A stretch of 64,000 nt of DNA from an uncultured Bacilli bacterium (GCA_934167875.1 CAKPMC010000005.1:882-64881); one strand, 5' to 3'. Positions 1-10,841 are shown, counted from the first letter of the stretch. Notes: generated by a model not told the origin, from the sequence alone. Program-made: numbers and translations.

Positions 1-862
1 TTAAATCATAAGCCTTAGTTTTAGTTGTTTTCTTAGTAGCTGTTTTAGCTGATTTAGTACTCTTTGCTGAAGTAGACTTCTTAGTAGTAGTAGTTTTTTT
101 AGTTTCCTTTTTAGTAGAAGTTTTCTTAGTTTCTTTTTTATCTTCTTTTTTAGAAACTTCTTTTTCTTCTACTACATTATTTACAACTTTATCATTAGCA
201 GTTTTATTCTTAGCGATAGGAACTAATTCAAGAACTCTATCAACGCCATTCTTAGTCTTTTTAGCATATGCTAATACATTGTAAATTAATAAAACTAATC
301 CAATTACTAATAATATAACTTTAGTAACCATTTCACTACTAAAATCAATTCCTAGAGCTAAGTTTATATAATTAGTAGTAGAAATACCTAATGTAGTACC
401 CATAATACCAACAATAGTTGAACCAACTGTAACACTAGCTGCTACTAATTTGTTATATCCCATTAAAAGAACTAATGAAATAATAAATGGAAATACAAAT
501 AACATTCCAAATGACAATCCACTTACGGAAACAATTATAGCTATTAAAGCCATTGTTACTGCTAAGAAAATATTTTCCTTTCCCTTAAACTTTTCAACTA
601 ACTTATCTAATAATGCACGATAAGCAGGAATTCTATAGGCAACTCCATAAAACATACCACTAGTTAAAACAAAAACTAGTACATATGAAAAGTAACGGAA
701 CAACCCTTCAATAGTATAAGTAGATAAATCAAAAATTCCTAATTGACTTCTAGCACCTTCTTGAAATTCATATTGATAAGTAGCCTTAGGAAAAATCCAT
801 GTACAAACTACAACAACCAATATTGACAACAAAATTACTTTTAAAATATTATGCTTCTTCAT
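1..862 (-). CDS. Polytopic membrane protein (YfcC-like N-terminal half) followed by a Lys/Thr/Ser-rich low-complexity tail. The 3' end runs off the window.
   Basis: Absent from the ORF track because it has no in-window stop. Hand translation from ATG at 862 gives MKKHNILKVILLSILVVVVCTWIFPKATYQYEFQEG...LVEKFKGKENIFLAVTMALIAIIVSVSGLSFG...LMGYNKL..., several TM helices, then KKETKKTSTKKETKKTTTTKKSTSAKSTKSAK. The frame stays open to position 1. Confidence 0.5.
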   Translation of the reverse strand, partial: MKKHNILKVILLSILVVVVCTWIFPKATYQYEFQEGARSQLGIFDLSTYTIEGLFRYFSYVLVFVLTSGMFYGVAYRIPAYRALLDKLVEKFKGKENIFLAVTMALIAIIVSVSGLSFGMLFVFPFIISLVLLMGYNKLVAASVTVGSTIVGIMGTTLGISTTNYINLALGIDFSSEMVTKVILLVIGLVLLIYNVLAYAKKTKNGVDRVLELVPIAKNKTANDKVVNNVVEEKEVSKKEDKKETKKTSTKKETKKTTTTKKSTSAKSTKSAKTATKKTTKTKAYDL

Positions 863-933
863 ATTAACCCTCCCATAATAATTATACATAATTTAATACA
901 AATATACAAATACTTTTAGGTGAAAGTTTTGTG

Positions 934-958
934 AAAAAAACGAGTATTTAATACTCGT
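934..958 (-). terminator. Intrinsic terminator downstream of lysS
   Basis: ACGAGTAT-TTA-ATACTCGT hairpin followed by a T7 run on the minus strand. Confidence 0.8.
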
Positions 959-963
959 TTTAA

Positions 964-2451
964 TTAATCTTCTTTAATATCTGGATTTTCTGGTTTCATG
1001 ATTGGAAACAATACTACATCCCTAACGGATGGAACATTATATATTAACATCATTAAACGATCAATACCAAATCCTAAACCAGATATAGGTGGCATACCTT
1101 GTTCCATAGCTAGTAAAAAGTCTTCATCTAAATCCATAGTCTCATCATCACCTTGTGCCTTAGCTCTAAGTTGACCTTCAAATGCTTCTCTTTGTTGGAT
1201 TGGATTAACAAGTTCAGAATAAGCTTTACATAACTCAGTACCAGCAGCAACTACTTGGAATACATCAATTCTTCTAGGATCAGCATCATTTCTACGAGCA
1301 AGTGGTATTAATACACTAGGATAATTATAGATAATAGTTGGATCTACAATATTAGCACGAATTTTCTTTTTATAAACAAAATCAATTATTTGACTAAGTG
1401 ATTTATAATCAGCTAAATCAGCTTCAGTAAATAAACCAGCTTCTATTATCTTAGCTTTTAATTCACTAGGTTCATTAATACTTAAAAAGTCAAAACCAAA
1501 TACTTCAGTCATAGCTTCGCAATAATTTATCTTATCCCATTCTTCTTTACCAAAATCTAAAACTTGATCTTGATATTCAATAGTAGTAGTACCAACTAAT
1601 TCCATTAGTAATGATTTAATAAATTTAGTATAGAATTTAATATTATCTTCATAATTCCAATAAGAAGCATACCATTCTACCTGAGTAAATTCCTGTAAAT
1701 GTTCTGAATCCATTCCTTCATTTCTAAAACACTTAGCTACTTCATAAACTCTATCAAAACCACCAGCGATACATTGTTTTAAGAAAGTTTCAGGTGCAAT
1801 TCTTAAATTACAGTCCAAATCAAGTGCATTATGATGAGTATAAAAAGGTTTAGCACTAGCTCCACATACAGCAGTTTGGATAATAGGAGTTTCTACTTGT
1901 AAGAAACCATTATCAGCTAAAAATTTATGTAAGAAAGCATAAAACTTACTTCTTCCTAAAAATACTTTTCTACTTTCTTCATTAGTTATTAAATCCACAT
2001 ATCTCTGACGATATTTAAGTTCTGTATCAACAAGTCCATGGAATTTTTCTGGAAGTGGTCTTAATGCTTTACCTAAAAATTTAAATTCATGAACACGAAG
2101 CGTTTTTTCACCAGTTTGAGTAGTAAAAATCTCACCACGAGCTCCAATAAAATCACCAGTATCTATTTGTTTTTTAAAGAAATCATAGTTTTCTTCTCCA
2201 ACCATATCTACTTTAAATTCTAATTGCATATCACCCTGTAAATCACGGATTCTAACAAAGCTAAGTTTACCCATTTTTCTAGCAAAAATTATTCTACCAG
2301 CAATTGAAACATCAACTGTACCATCTTCAAGATTCTTAGCTTCTTGTAAAGAATGAGTTTTTTCATATTTTTCAGGATATGGATTACATACCTTAGCTAT
2401 TTCTTCTAATTTTCCTCTTCTAACTAATTCTTGCTCTGTAAATTCTCTCAT
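964..2451 (-). CDS. lysS: Lysine--tRNA ligase, class II
   Basis: 495 aa with class II motifs CFRNEGMD and GLGFGIDRLMML. RBS GAGAGG lies upstream. Confidence 0.95.
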   Translation of the reverse strand: MREFTEQELVRRGKLEEIAKVCNPYPEKYEKTHSLQEAKNLEDGTVDVSIAGRIIFARKMGKLSFVRIRDLQGDMQLEFKVDMVGEENYDFFKKQIDTGDFIGARGEIFTTQTGEKTLRVHEFKFLGKALRPLPEKFHGLVDTELKYRQRYVDLITNEESRKVFLGRSKFYAFLHKFLADNGFLQVETPIIQTAVCGASAKPFYTHHNALDLDCNLRIAPETFLKQCIAGGFDRVYEVAKCFRNEGMDSEHLQEFTQVEWYASYWNYEDNIKFYTKFIKSLLMELVGTTTIEYQDQVLDFGKEEWDKINYCEAMTEVFGFDFLSINEPSELKAKIIEAGLFTEADLADYKSLSQIIDFVYKKKIRANIVDPTIIYNYPSVLIPLARRNDADPRRIDVFQVVAAGTELCKAYSELVNPIQQREAFEGQLRAKAQGDDETMDLDEDFLLAMEQGMPPISGLGFGIDRLMMLIYNVPSVRDVVLFPIMKPENPDIKED

Positions 2452-2456
2452 ATAAA

Positions 2457-3119
2457 TTACCTCTCTTGTATAACCTTAGTACCAGCGATTACATCATGTA
2501 ATCCCCTACCATCTTTTCTAAATAAAATCATCAATATTGTTATAAAAAATACTGTTGATGATAATAATTGAATGCCTGAATAAGCATAGTAATAATAACT
2601 CTTACCAGCAAACAACACAGCCCCTATAGCCAAAATATTAAATAAAATTGAATTAACAATCAGAGCACGATAAGTAACTTGATCTAGGCTTAATTCACTA
2701 TCTTTAACACTAACTACTCTAATTTTCATTAGCTTTTTGCCAAGAGTTTGCCCTTTATTATAAAACTGAAATACAATAAAGTAAAGAATTATTAATACTA
2801 CTTCTACTATCATAGATATCACATTGTTTGAATTAAGGATATAAATAATATCCTTAGATTTATCTAGATATTCACGCGAATCAATCTTTTCAGATATAAA
2901 ATCACTTTGTATTTGTTCATATTCTTTATAATACTGTTCATAAGTATCATTTTTTGGAATCAATAATAATACACCAGTACAAACGATACTTACCAGTAAA
3001 ACATCTATTATATAAGCTATAGCTCTAGGAAAAAAATAAGGTTTATCTAGTGTATTAGTATCTTTTTCTTCTATAACAGCTTCTACTACTTTACCATCTT
3101 TATTTTTAATATTAGCCAT
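2457..3119 (-). CDS. RDD family membrane protein
   Basis: 220 aa with multiple TM helices and a C-terminal RKDGRGLHDVIAGTKV motif typical of the RDD domain. RBS AGGTGA. Confidence 0.7.
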   Translation of the reverse strand: MANIKNKDGKVVEAVIEEKDTNTLDKPYFFPRAIAYIIDVLLVSIVCTGVLLLIPKNDTYEQYYKEYEQIQSDFISEKIDSREYLDKSKDIIYILNSNNVISMIVEVVLIILYFIVFQFYNKGQTLGKKLMKIRVVSVKDSELSLDQVTYRALIVNSILFNILAIGAVLFAGKSYYYYAYSGIQLLSSTVFFITILMILFRKDGRGLHDVIAGTKVIQER

Positions 3120-3127
3120 CTTATCAC

Positions 3128-4114
3128 CTAACTTTCTAAATCTTCAATATATTTTCTATATTCATTCAATATTTCAATTATAACAGAAATATTCTTTTGT
3201 AGGAATATTTTATTTTTTATTTCGTTAGAATTTGGTAAACCTTTCAAATACCAAGCAATATGATTTCTTATTTCTAATACAGCTAATTTTTCATCTTTTA
3301 GTTCATATAAATTATGTAAATGTTCTAAACACATATCTACTCTTTCAATAGATGTAGGATCAGGTAAGATTACATTATCTTCTAAATAAGCATTAATTTG
3401 TTTAATTAGCCAAGGATTTCCAAGTACCCCTCTACCTATCATCACTAAATCACAATTAGTTTCATCAATCATTCTCTTAGCATCATATATTGTAGTTATA
3501 TCACCATTGCCAATTACCGGAATTGATACTGCATCTTTAACTTGTTTAATGATAGACCAATCTGCTTTACCACTATAGCCTTGACTACGTGTCCTAGGAT
3601 GAACGCATATCGCACTAGCGCCAGCTTCTTCACATATTTTGGCAACTTCTACTGCATTTATATGTTCACTATCCCAACCACTCCTAATTTTAACTGTAAC
3701 TGGAATAGGAACACTACTAACAACACTAGAAACAATATCTTTTATTTTTTCAGGATTTTTTAGTAAAGCACTACCAGCTTGAGCTCTAACTGCTACTTTA
3801 GGAACAGGACAACCCATATTTATATCTATAATGTCTGGATGCATATTCTCATAAATAAATTTAGCTGCACTAACAAAAGATTCTTTATCACTACCAAAAA
3901 TCTGTTGCGTAATAGGTCTTTCCATTTCCTCCATATAAAGCATATCTACTGTTTTTTTATTTTTATAAAATAAGGCCTTATCACTTACCATTTCTGCATA
4001 TATTAATCCGGCACCCATTCTCTTAATAATTTTACGAAAACTGGAATTACCAATACCAGCCATAGGTGCAAGTACTGTTTTATGTTTAATTTCTACATTT
4101 CCAATATATACCAT
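3128..4114 (-). CDS. dusB: tRNA-dihydrouridine synthase
   Basis: Motifs VLAPMAGIGNSSFR and DINMGCPVPKV. TIM-barrel flavoenzyme pattern. Lies next to lysS as in Bacillus. Confidence 0.9.
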   Translation of the reverse strand: MVYIGNVEIKHKTVLAPMAGIGNSSFRKIIKRMGAGLIYAEMVSDKALFYKNKKTVDMLYMEEMERPITQQIFGSDKESFVSAAKFIYENMHPDIIDINMGCPVPKVAVRAQAGSALLKNPEKIKDIVSSVVSSVPIPVTVKIRSGWDSEHINAVEVAKICEEAGASAICVHPRTRSQGYSGKADWSIIKQVKDAVSIPVIGNGDITTIYDAKRMIDETNCDLVMIGRGVLGNPWLIKQINAYLEDNVILPDPTSIERVDMCLEHLHNLYELKDEKLAVLEIRNHIAWYLKGLPNSNEIKNKIFLQKNISVIIEILNEYRKYIEDLES

Positions 4115-4169
4115 ATATATCCCTCAAATCACTATAGATAATAACATAAACCAGCAAAAAAAGAAACTA

Positions 4170-6116
4170 TTAATTTTCTTTAATAGCTTCTTCCAATTCT
4201 TCTTTAGTCATCTTAGTATAACCTTTAATACCCTTTTCTTTAGCCTTAGCTTTTAATTCAGCTAATGTATCTTCTTTTTCTTCAGGCATATGTCCAGTTT
4301 CTACTAATGAATCAATTTGTTCCTTAGTAATTGTTTCATATTCCAATAATGTATCAGCAATAAGTTTAATTAAATCCTGATTTTCTTTTAGAATACGTGT
4401 TGCTTCTTTATAACATTCATCAATTATCTTACGAACTTCTTTATCTATTTCATGAGCAATCTCATTAGAGAAATTCTTAGTCTTATTATAATCTCTTCCT
4501 AAGAACACCCCACCTTCTTGCTGTTCAAGTTGAACAGGTCCTAAATCACTCATACCATATTCAGTAACCATAGCACGAGCTATCTTAGTAGCTTTTTCAA
4601 AATCATTATGAGCACCAGTTGTTACTTCTTTAAAATGAATTTCTTCTGAAACTCTACCACCAAGTAATCCAGTAATTCTTTGAAGTAACTCACTCTTAGT
4701 AGCTAAATATGTTTCCTCTTTAGGCATCATTAATGTATAACCACCAGCTTGACCACGAGGAATAATAGTAATTTTTTGTACATCTTCTGCATTTGGAAGT
4801 TTAATACCTAAAACAGCATGACCAGCTTCATGATATGCAACAACTTGTCTTTCATGTTCAGTATACTTACGAGATAATTTAGCAGGTCCACCAATAACAC
4901 GGTCAGTTGCTTCATCAATCTCACTCATAGTAATTGCATTTTTGTTTCTTCTAACAGCTAAAAGTGCAGCTTCATTTAATAAATTTTCAAGTGCTGCTCC
5001 ACTAAATCCTGGTGTACGTTTAGCTAAAAACTCTAATTTAACACTTGGAGCTAAAACCTTATCACGAGCATGAACTCTTAATATTTCCTCACGTTCTCTA
5101 ACATCTGGTAAATCAACAGTTACTTGTCTATCAAATCTACCTGGTCTTAATAATGCAGGATCAAGTACATCAGAACGGTTAGTAGCAGCTATTATAATAA
5201 TTCCTTCATTAGGACCAAAACCATCCATTTCAGTAAGTAATTGGTTTAATGTTTGTTCTCTTTCATCATGTCCTCCACCTAAACCAGTTCCTCTTTGACG
5301 TCCAACTGCATCAATTTCATCAATGAAAATTAGGCATGGTGCATTATGCTTAGCTTGTTTAAACATATCTCTAACACGACTTGCTCCAACACCAACGAAT
5401 AATTCAACAAAATCAGATCCACTAATAAAGTAGAAAGGTACATTTGCTTCTCCTGCTACAGCTTTAGCAAGTAAAGTTTTACCTGTTCCTGGAGGACCTT
5501 CTAATAAAACACCCTTAGGTATTCTAGCACCAAGTTTAGTAAACTTTTTAGGATTCTTTAAGAAATCAATTAATTCACTAACTTCTTCTTTTTCTTCTTT
5601 TAATCCAGCTACATCTTTAAATGTTACTTTATTAGTATCATTAGAAAGTCTAGCTCTACTCTTACCAAAATCCATAGATTTATTAGCACCATTCATTTGT
5701 CTTGTTAAGAAGAAGAAACCAAATCCAACTAACAATAAAATTGGTACTACATTAACTACTATTACCCAGAAATAACTTGAATCTGGATCTACATTAGTAG
5801 TTAATTTAAATGAATTATTACTTCCTGCTTCTAAAACATTTTTAATAACAGAATCAGTAAGTGGAACTCTTATAAAAAATCTTTCATTTTCCTTATAATC
5901 TTTTAACTTACCAGTTATTTCATAAACAACAGCTCTCTCTTTAGGAGTAATAGCCATCTCAGTTACAGTTCCCTGATCAAGAGCTTGAATAAGTTCATTA
6001 TAAGTTATTGTCTTAGGTTGATTATTAATTACATTAAATAAATAATAAACACCAAAGATAAATAAAACTAAAAATAAATATGGAAGAATTCCCTTTTTAA
6101 TAGTATTTTTATTCAT
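4170..6116 (-). CDS. ftsH: ATP-dependent zinc metalloprotease FtsH
   Basis: Two N-terminal TM helices, Walker [17 protein letters not shown] region and zinc motif HEAGHA. RBS AGGAG. Confidence 0.97.
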   Translation of the reverse strand: MNKNTIKKGILPYLFLVLFIFGVYYLFNVINNQPKTITYNELIQALDQGTVTEMAITPKERAVVYEITGKLKDYKENERFFIRVPLTDSVIKNVLEAGSNNSFKLTTNVDPDSSYFWVIVVNVVPILLLVGFGFFFLTRQMNGANKSMDFGKSRARLSNDTNKVTFKDVAGLKEEKEEVSELIDFLKNPKKFTKLGARIPKGVLLEGPPGTGKTLLAKAVAGEANVPFYFISGSDFVELFVGVGASRVRDMFKQAKHNAPCLIFIDEIDAVGRQRGTGLGGGHDEREQTLNQLLTEMDGFGPNEGIIIIAATNRSDVLDPALLRPGRFDRQVTVDLPDVREREEILRVHARDKVLAPSVKLEFLAKRTPGFSGAALENLLNEAALLAVRRNKNAITMSEIDEATDRVIGGPAKLSRKYTEHERQVVAYHEAGHAVLGIKLPNAEDVQKITIIPRGQAGGYTLMMPKEETYLATKSELLQRITGLLGGRVSEEIHFKEVTTGAHNDFEKATKIARAMVTEYGMSDLGPVQLEQQEGGVFLGRDYNKTKNFSNEIAHEIDKEVRKIIDECYKEATRILKENQDLIKLIADTLLEYETITKEQIDSLVETGHMPEEKEDTLAELKAKAKEKGIKGYTKMTKEELEEAIKEN

Positions 6117-6128
6117 ATTGCATCTCCT

Positions 6129-7448
6129 TTAATAATATTTAACTATTATATCACATTTCTCATTTTTTTGTTTATTAAATTTACTCTTTTTAAGGCCTGG
6201 TAACCAAACAACTTCATTGTTAGAATCAACCACAACAGGCCATAATTCTCTATCTTTCATAGGTACCTTACAATCAATAAATATATCTTTAATCTTTTTA
6301 TGTCCATTAGTACCCTTTAAAGCCATTTTTTCACCATGTCTTCTTGTTCTAATATAAAGAGGTAATTTAACCTCACTACTAGATAAACGACATATATCAT
6401 TACCATTAGTATCACATGATTCTATTACTTTCATATGTTTACCATTAGGTAGTTTAGCATAATCAATAAGTTCAATTTCATAATTATCAACTTGGTTCTG
6501 TTCCTTTATTAAAAATAATTTATTGTATTCTTTAATTACTTTTATATTATTAGGAAGGTATATGTAAGTATTTTTTTTCTTAGATTTAATCAAATCATTA
6601 ATTAAGTCTATATGTCTATCATTTATAAGCATAACATCATCAGTATAAAATTTAGCTAATATTATACTTAAAATCTTATCTTGAATAACTTCATCAAGTT
6701 GTAAATATTCATCTATATCAAGTACATTATCTTTATATACTAAATCAAAGCACTTACTAACCTGTTTATCTATATATTCATTATATTTTTCTAAAGTATT
6801 ACTAAATTTCAAAAATCGTTCATGAACATTAGGATTTTCCTTTTTTAAAAAAGGAAGTACAACCTTACGATATCTATTTCTAGTATGTATATCATCAAAA
6901 TTAGTTTTATCTATAACATAAGGAATTTTATGATTTTTATCATATTCTTCGATTTCACTCTTAGTAGCATAGATAAGTGGTCTCACTATTTTATAATTAC
7001 CCATATCAACCAACTTATTAAAACCTGAATAGCCACTTAAAGTAGAACCACGTACTATTCTCATTAAAATAGTTTCTATTAAATCATCACCATGATGAGC
7101 AGTCATTAAATAATTAGCATTATATTTTTTTACAACATCATCAAAAAATTTATATCTTATTGTACGAGCTTCATTTTCAAAGTTATCATCACCATATTTT
7201 TGAATAATCATAGTCTCAAATATAATATCGTGATCCATACACCAATTCTGCATAAATATTTGTTCATCTTTACTAACTGCTCTAACATTATGATTAATAT
7301 GACAACATACTAAATATATTTTCTTAATAGCTCTAATTTTTTCAAGCATGTAAAGTAAAGCCATTGAATCAGGTCCACCAGAACATCCAACTACAACAAC
7401 ATCTTTTTCTTTTAGTAAATCAAATAAGTATTGGTAAGCTTGCTTCAT
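6129..7448 (-). CDS. tilS: tRNA(Ile)-lysidine synthase
   Basis: PP-loop motif CSGGPDSMAL. The track start (GTG at 7457) is refined to ATG at 7448, preceded by AGGTGG. Confidence 0.9.
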   Translation of the reverse strand: MKQAYQYLFDLLKEKDVVVVGCSGGPDSMALLYMLEKIRAIKKIYLVCCHINHNVRAVSKDEQIFMQNWCMDHDIIFETMIIQKYGDDNFENEARTIRYKFFDDVVKKYNANYLMTAHHGDDLIETILMRIVRGSTLSGYSGFNKLVDMGNYKIVRPLIYATKSEIEEYDKNHKIPYVIDKTNFDDIHTRNRYRKVVLPFLKKENPNVHERFLKFSNTLEKYNEYIDKQVSKCFDLVYKDNVLDIDEYLQLDEVIQDKILSIILAKFYTDDVMLINDRHIDLINDLIKSKKKNTYIYLPNNIKVIKEYNKLFLIKEQNQVDNYEIELIDYAKLPNGKHMKVIESCDTNGNDICRLSSSEVKLPLYIRTRRHGEKMALKGTNGHKKIKDIFIDCKVPMKDRELWPVVVDSNNEVVWLPGLKKSKFNKQKNEKCDIIVKYY

Positions 7449-7514
7449 ATCCACCACCTGTTTTTTTAATTACTCCTTTAAGTATTTTACCATAAGTATT
7501 TAAAAACAACCATA

Positions 7515-7553
7515 AAAATAAAAAGAAATATATAACTTTACATATATTTCTTT
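7515..7553 (-). terminator. Intrinsic terminator downstream of divIC
   Basis: AAAGAAATATAT / ATATATTTCTTT 12-bp stem with an 8-nt loop and a T-rich tail on the minus strand. Confidence 0.75.
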
Positions 7554-7563
7554 AATTATTATC

Positions 7564-7866
7564 CTATTCCTCGTCAGGTAATCTTAATATTATTTCCCCT
7601 TCTTTAGAATACATATATTTTTCCCTAGCATATCTAGCTACATAATCAGGATCTTCTAGCCTTTGAACATCTACTTTTAACTCTTCTTCTTTTTCCTTCA
7701 AAGCTACTATTTCATTGGCTAGTTCTTGTTTTTCTTGATATTTATTAGCTATCTTTACCCAATAACTTCCTACAGCAGCAAAAATAGTAATTAATATTAC
7801 TAAACAAACAGGCATAAATAAACACAAACGACATCTAGTTTTAGCTTTGCTTTTTTTACTTGCCAT
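7564..7866 (-). CDS. divIC: Septum formation initiator (DivIC/FtsB family)
   Basis: Single TM helix, a coiled coil and the DPDYVARYAREKYMYSKEGE motif. The likely start is MASKKSK at 7866, 9 nt after GGAG. The track ORF extends to 7914. Confidence 0.75.
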   Translation of the reverse strand: MASKKSKAKTRCRLCLFMPVCLVILITIFAAVGSYWVKIANKYQEKQELANEIVALKEKEEELKVDVQRLEDPDYVARYAREKYMYSKEGEIILRLPDEE

Positions 7867-7954
7867 TGCTACCATCTCCACCCTAATTATAATGGTGAAA
7901 GAAATTTTTTTCAATAAAATAAATTGACATCTTTTGTTTGTTTACAGAAAAATG

Positions 7955-8224
7955 TCAATTCTTATTCTTAAGTAAATAATTTCCAAATAAATATCCTAAA
8001 ATCAGAAGAAATAAAAAATAAATATGAAACATACCATTATTAATAATCTTCAATATTATAAAATATAGTAAGCAATTATCAAAAATAAATAAAAAATTAA
8101 TAAATATTTTATATAAAAGTTTACCATTAAATAAAAACCGATACTGTAATTTTAATAGATATGAAAATAATATTCCATAAATAAAAGAAATTGTTAGTAC
8201 TTGTAACTGTATTGATAATATCAT
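7955..8224 (-). CDS. yabQ: Spore cortex biosynthesis protein YabQ-like small membrane protein
   Basis: 89-aa hydrophobic protein. Its start overlaps the yabP stop (ATGA). The yabP-yabQ-divIC order matches B. subtilis. Confidence 0.6.
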   Translation of the reverse strand: MILSIQLQVLTISFIYGILFSYLLKLQYRFLFNGKLLYKIFINFLFIFDNCLLYFIILKIINNGMFHIYFLFLLILGYLFGNYLLKNKN

Positions 8225-8514
8225 TATTTAAACAACCTACTAATTATACTAGATTCCTTTTCTTTTTTCATTCCTTCATCTATATATGAAAACGATTTTA
8301 ATAAACCCTTAATAGAAACATTTCCCTGTAAAGTATCAAGTTTTAAAAGTTCTAAACCCTCACCCTTGAGTGCTAAGAATCCCATAACTGTTTCCATTAA
8401 AAATTCTTGATCATCAAAACTTTCTATTTTTTTAACTCCTGTTACTAAAATATTTTTTCTTTCTAAAATGTTAATACTATGATTATAATTACTAATTGTT
8501 TGATCCTTGTCCAT
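8224..8514 (-). CDS. yabP: Sporulation protein YabP
   Basis: 96 aa with a YabP-like core (VTGVKKIESFDDQEF...GEGLEL). RBS AGGAGG. Synteny supports the call. Confidence 0.8.
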   Translation of the reverse strand: MDKDQTISNYNHSINILERKNILVTGVKKIESFDDQEFLMETVMGFLALKGEGLELLKLDTLQGNVSIKGLLKSFSYIDEGMKKEKESSIISRLFK

Positions 8515-8556
8515 AATAGCCTCCTAGTAAATAATATGCATAATATCAAATAATAT

Positions 8557-8581
8557 GAAAAAAAGACTGCCTAAGCAGTCT
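8557..8581 (-). terminator. Intrinsic terminator downstream of spoVG
   Basis: AGACTGC-TTAG-GCAGTCT hairpin followed by T7 on the minus strand. Confidence 0.85.
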
Positions 8582-8589
8582 AAAATATC

Positions 8590-8868
8590 TTATTCCTCAG
8601 ATTGTGCAGGATCTTCAGCTTCTTCATATGCTTTTAGAATAGCTTCTTCAAACATAGAACGAACTTCTGGATTAATTGGATGTGCTATATCTCTATAATC
8701 GCCTGTAGGAGTTTTCTTACTAGGCATAGCTATAAATAATCCTTTTTCTCCTTCAATAATTCTAATGTCGTGAACTGCAAAACTATCATCTAATAATACT
8801 GATGCAATTCCTTTCATTCTAGAACCTTCTTTTTCAATCTTACGTACATTTACAGATGTAATCTTCAT
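8590..8868 (-). CDS. spoVG: Septation/RNA-binding protein SpoVG
   Basis: Sequence [11 protein letters not shown]...[37 protein letters not shown] is diagnostic. RBS AGGAGG. Confidence 0.95.
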   Translation of the reverse strand: MKITSVNVRKIEKEGSRMKGIASVLLDDSFAVHDIRIIEGEKGLFIAMPSKKTPTGDYRDIAHPINPEVRSMFEEAILKAYEEAEDPAQSEE

Positions 8869-8953
8869 ATGTATCCTCCTTCTAAAGTAATTTACTTTAT
8901 GTATATATGATATAATACTTTACTAAAAAAAGCAATATTTTTAATAAAGATTA

Positions 8954-9172
8954 TCAAACTTGAGTGACAACCAATTTACGTATCAAAACATCACTATAAC
9001 TAAATGATTTTACTAAAGAACTATCTATTACTTTTACTATAAAAACAGATGGATATGTATCAATAATAGTAGCTGAAAATTCTTCTATTTGATTTCTACT
9101 ACCATTAAATCTAAATTGCATTGTTTGACCTTTATATGAGTTAATTTTATTTCTAACTTTTTCTATATTCAT
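8954..9172 (-). CDS. veg: Veg family protein
   Basis: 72 aa with TYPSVFIV...FSYSDVL motifs. The start overlaps the yabG stop. The yabG-veg order matches Bacillus. Confidence 0.85.
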   Translation of the reverse strand: MNIEKVRNKINSYKGQTMQFRFNGSRNQIEEFSATIIDTYPSVFIVKVIDSSLVKSFSYSDVLIRKLVVTQV

Positions 9173-9951
9173 CTTGGATACCCCACAAACATACAGCCTT
9201 TAGTTATAACGCCACCTATACCATCACTACCAGATTTAGTTTTATCCAAAACATCAAGTAAATCAACTGTTTTATTACGATCGTAAAAAGCCAAATAAGA
9301 AGCAATAATAGCCGGATCCAAAGCATGTATATTTATTCTCTTAGGACTAGATGCAAAAGTAGCCCCAGCTTTTATAAGTTCTTCATAATTACTTTGACAA
9401 GCACCTGCTATTATAATCAATTTATCTTGATTTTTTTCATAATTGCGTGCTATCTTTACAGCCTCAATAAAATTTTCAGTATTTTTATAACTAGTTACAT
9501 CATCAATAGAGCCTTTTCTCTTATAATAGGCATCATGTCCTGTTATAACTACAATATCAGGATTAAGTTTACGCAAATACTTATCTATTTCTACTTTAAT
9601 ATCTGCTTCTTTTAAACACAAACCATAAGCCATAATATTTAATTTTTTATAAAAGTTCATACATCTTTTTAAATAATCCTCATCACCATCTATATGTAGT
9701 ATTTTTCCAGGAAGATAAAAAAACTCACTACGATCAAGTTTTAAAGAATTAGTTATAGTACTAGTAACTCTCTCATCATCAACTATATTAGTGTCAGATA
9801 CTTTATTTAAATCATCTAATTCACTATCAGCATATAATCTTAAATTAATTCCCTTTAAATAGGCAGTATTACCATCAATATTCTCAATCACAAAAAAAGT
9901 ATCATTATGATAAGAATTTCTAGTAACTATATCTCCAATTTGAAAAAGCAT
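9169..9951 (-). CDS. yabG: Sporulation-specific peptidase YabG
   Basis: 260 aa with VVITGHDA and AGACQSNYEELIKAGATFASSPKRINIHALDP motifs. Synteny with rsmA and veg supports the call. Confidence 0.8.
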   Translation of the reverse strand: MLFQIGDIVTRNSYHNDTFFVIENIDGNTAYLKGINLRLYADSELDDLNKVSDTNIVDDERVTSTITNSLKLDRSEFFYLPGKILHIDGDEDYLKRCMNFYKKLNIMAYGLCLKEADIKVEIDKYLRKLNPDIVVITGHDAYYKRKGSIDDVTSYKNTENFIEAVKIARNYEKNQDKLIIIAGACQSNYEELIKAGATFASSPKRINIHALDPAIIASYLAFYDRNKTVDLLDVLDKTKSGSDGIGGVITKGCMFVGYPR

Positions 9952-9982
9952 ATTTTCACCCCTATCAATGAAATATATGCTT

Positions 9983-10783
9983 TTATTTATCTAAATTATT
10001 ACTAATATCCACAAAAACATCAAGTGGTAGTTGTTCAGCTCTAACACTTAAATCTAAATGATATTTACTAAGTACCTCTTCTATCTTAACAAGATTATAT
10101 CCTTTTAAATTGTTTCTCAATGTCTTTCTCTTAAAACGAAAACTATCTCGTACTAATTCAAAAAATAATTTTTCATTATTTAATGGTAATAAATTTTTCT
10201 TACGATTAAGAGAAATAATAATACTATCAACATTAGGTTTAGGTACAAAGCAATTTCTACTTACTAAAAATTCTTTCTTTATATCATAATAATAATTAAG
10301 AAAAACAGTAATAGAACCATACTCTCTAGTACCAACCCTAGCCGCATAACGATCAGCTACTTCTTTTTGTATCATAACTACTATTTTTTCTATATCTAAA
10401 CCCGATTCTACTAAACCAGTAATAATTGGTGTAGTAATATAATATGGTAAGTTAGCTACTACATATAAATGTGAATAACTATAATTACTTAAATCTTTTA
10501 AAATATTCCGTTTTAAAAAATCATCATAAATAACGCACACATTATCTAATCCAATTAAATTAGTATCCAATATTTCTTCTAGACTATCATCAATCTCATA
10601 AGCAAGTACCTGTTTAGCTCTAGTAGCCAAAAATTTAGTTAATGCACCAGCTCCAGGGCCTATTTCAATTACTAAAGTATCATCCGGAATATTAGCAGCT
10701 TCTACTATCTTTCTAGGTATAGAATCATCTTTTAAAAAGTTTTGTCCATATTTTTTCTTAAAATTAAACTGTTCTTGTTTCAT
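9983..10783 (-). CDS. rsmA: 16S rRNA (adenine1518/1519-N6)-dimethyltransferase
   Basis: Motifs KKKYGQNFL and SAM-binding EIGPGAGALT. Start refined to MKQEQFNF (ATG at 10783, GGTGA RBS). The track ORF carries a hydrophobic 19-aa extension. Confidence 0.92.
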   Translation of the reverse strand: MKQEQFNFKKKYGQNFLKDDSIPRKIVEAANIPDDTLVIEIGPGAGALTKFLATRAKQVLAYEIDDSLEEILDTNLIGLDNVCVIYDDFLKRNILKDLSNYSYSHLYVVANLPYYITTPIITGLVESGLDIEKIVVMIQKEVADRYAARVGTREYGSITVFLNYYYDIKKEFLVSRNCFVPKPNVDSIIISLNRKKNLLPLNNEKLFFELVRDSFRFKRKTLRNNLKGYNLVKIEEVLSKYHLDLSVRAEQLPLDVFVDISNNLDK

Positions 10784-10841
10784 TAAATTCACCACTAATA
10801 ATATAACATAAAAAAAAAGAAGTATAAATACATACTTCAAT

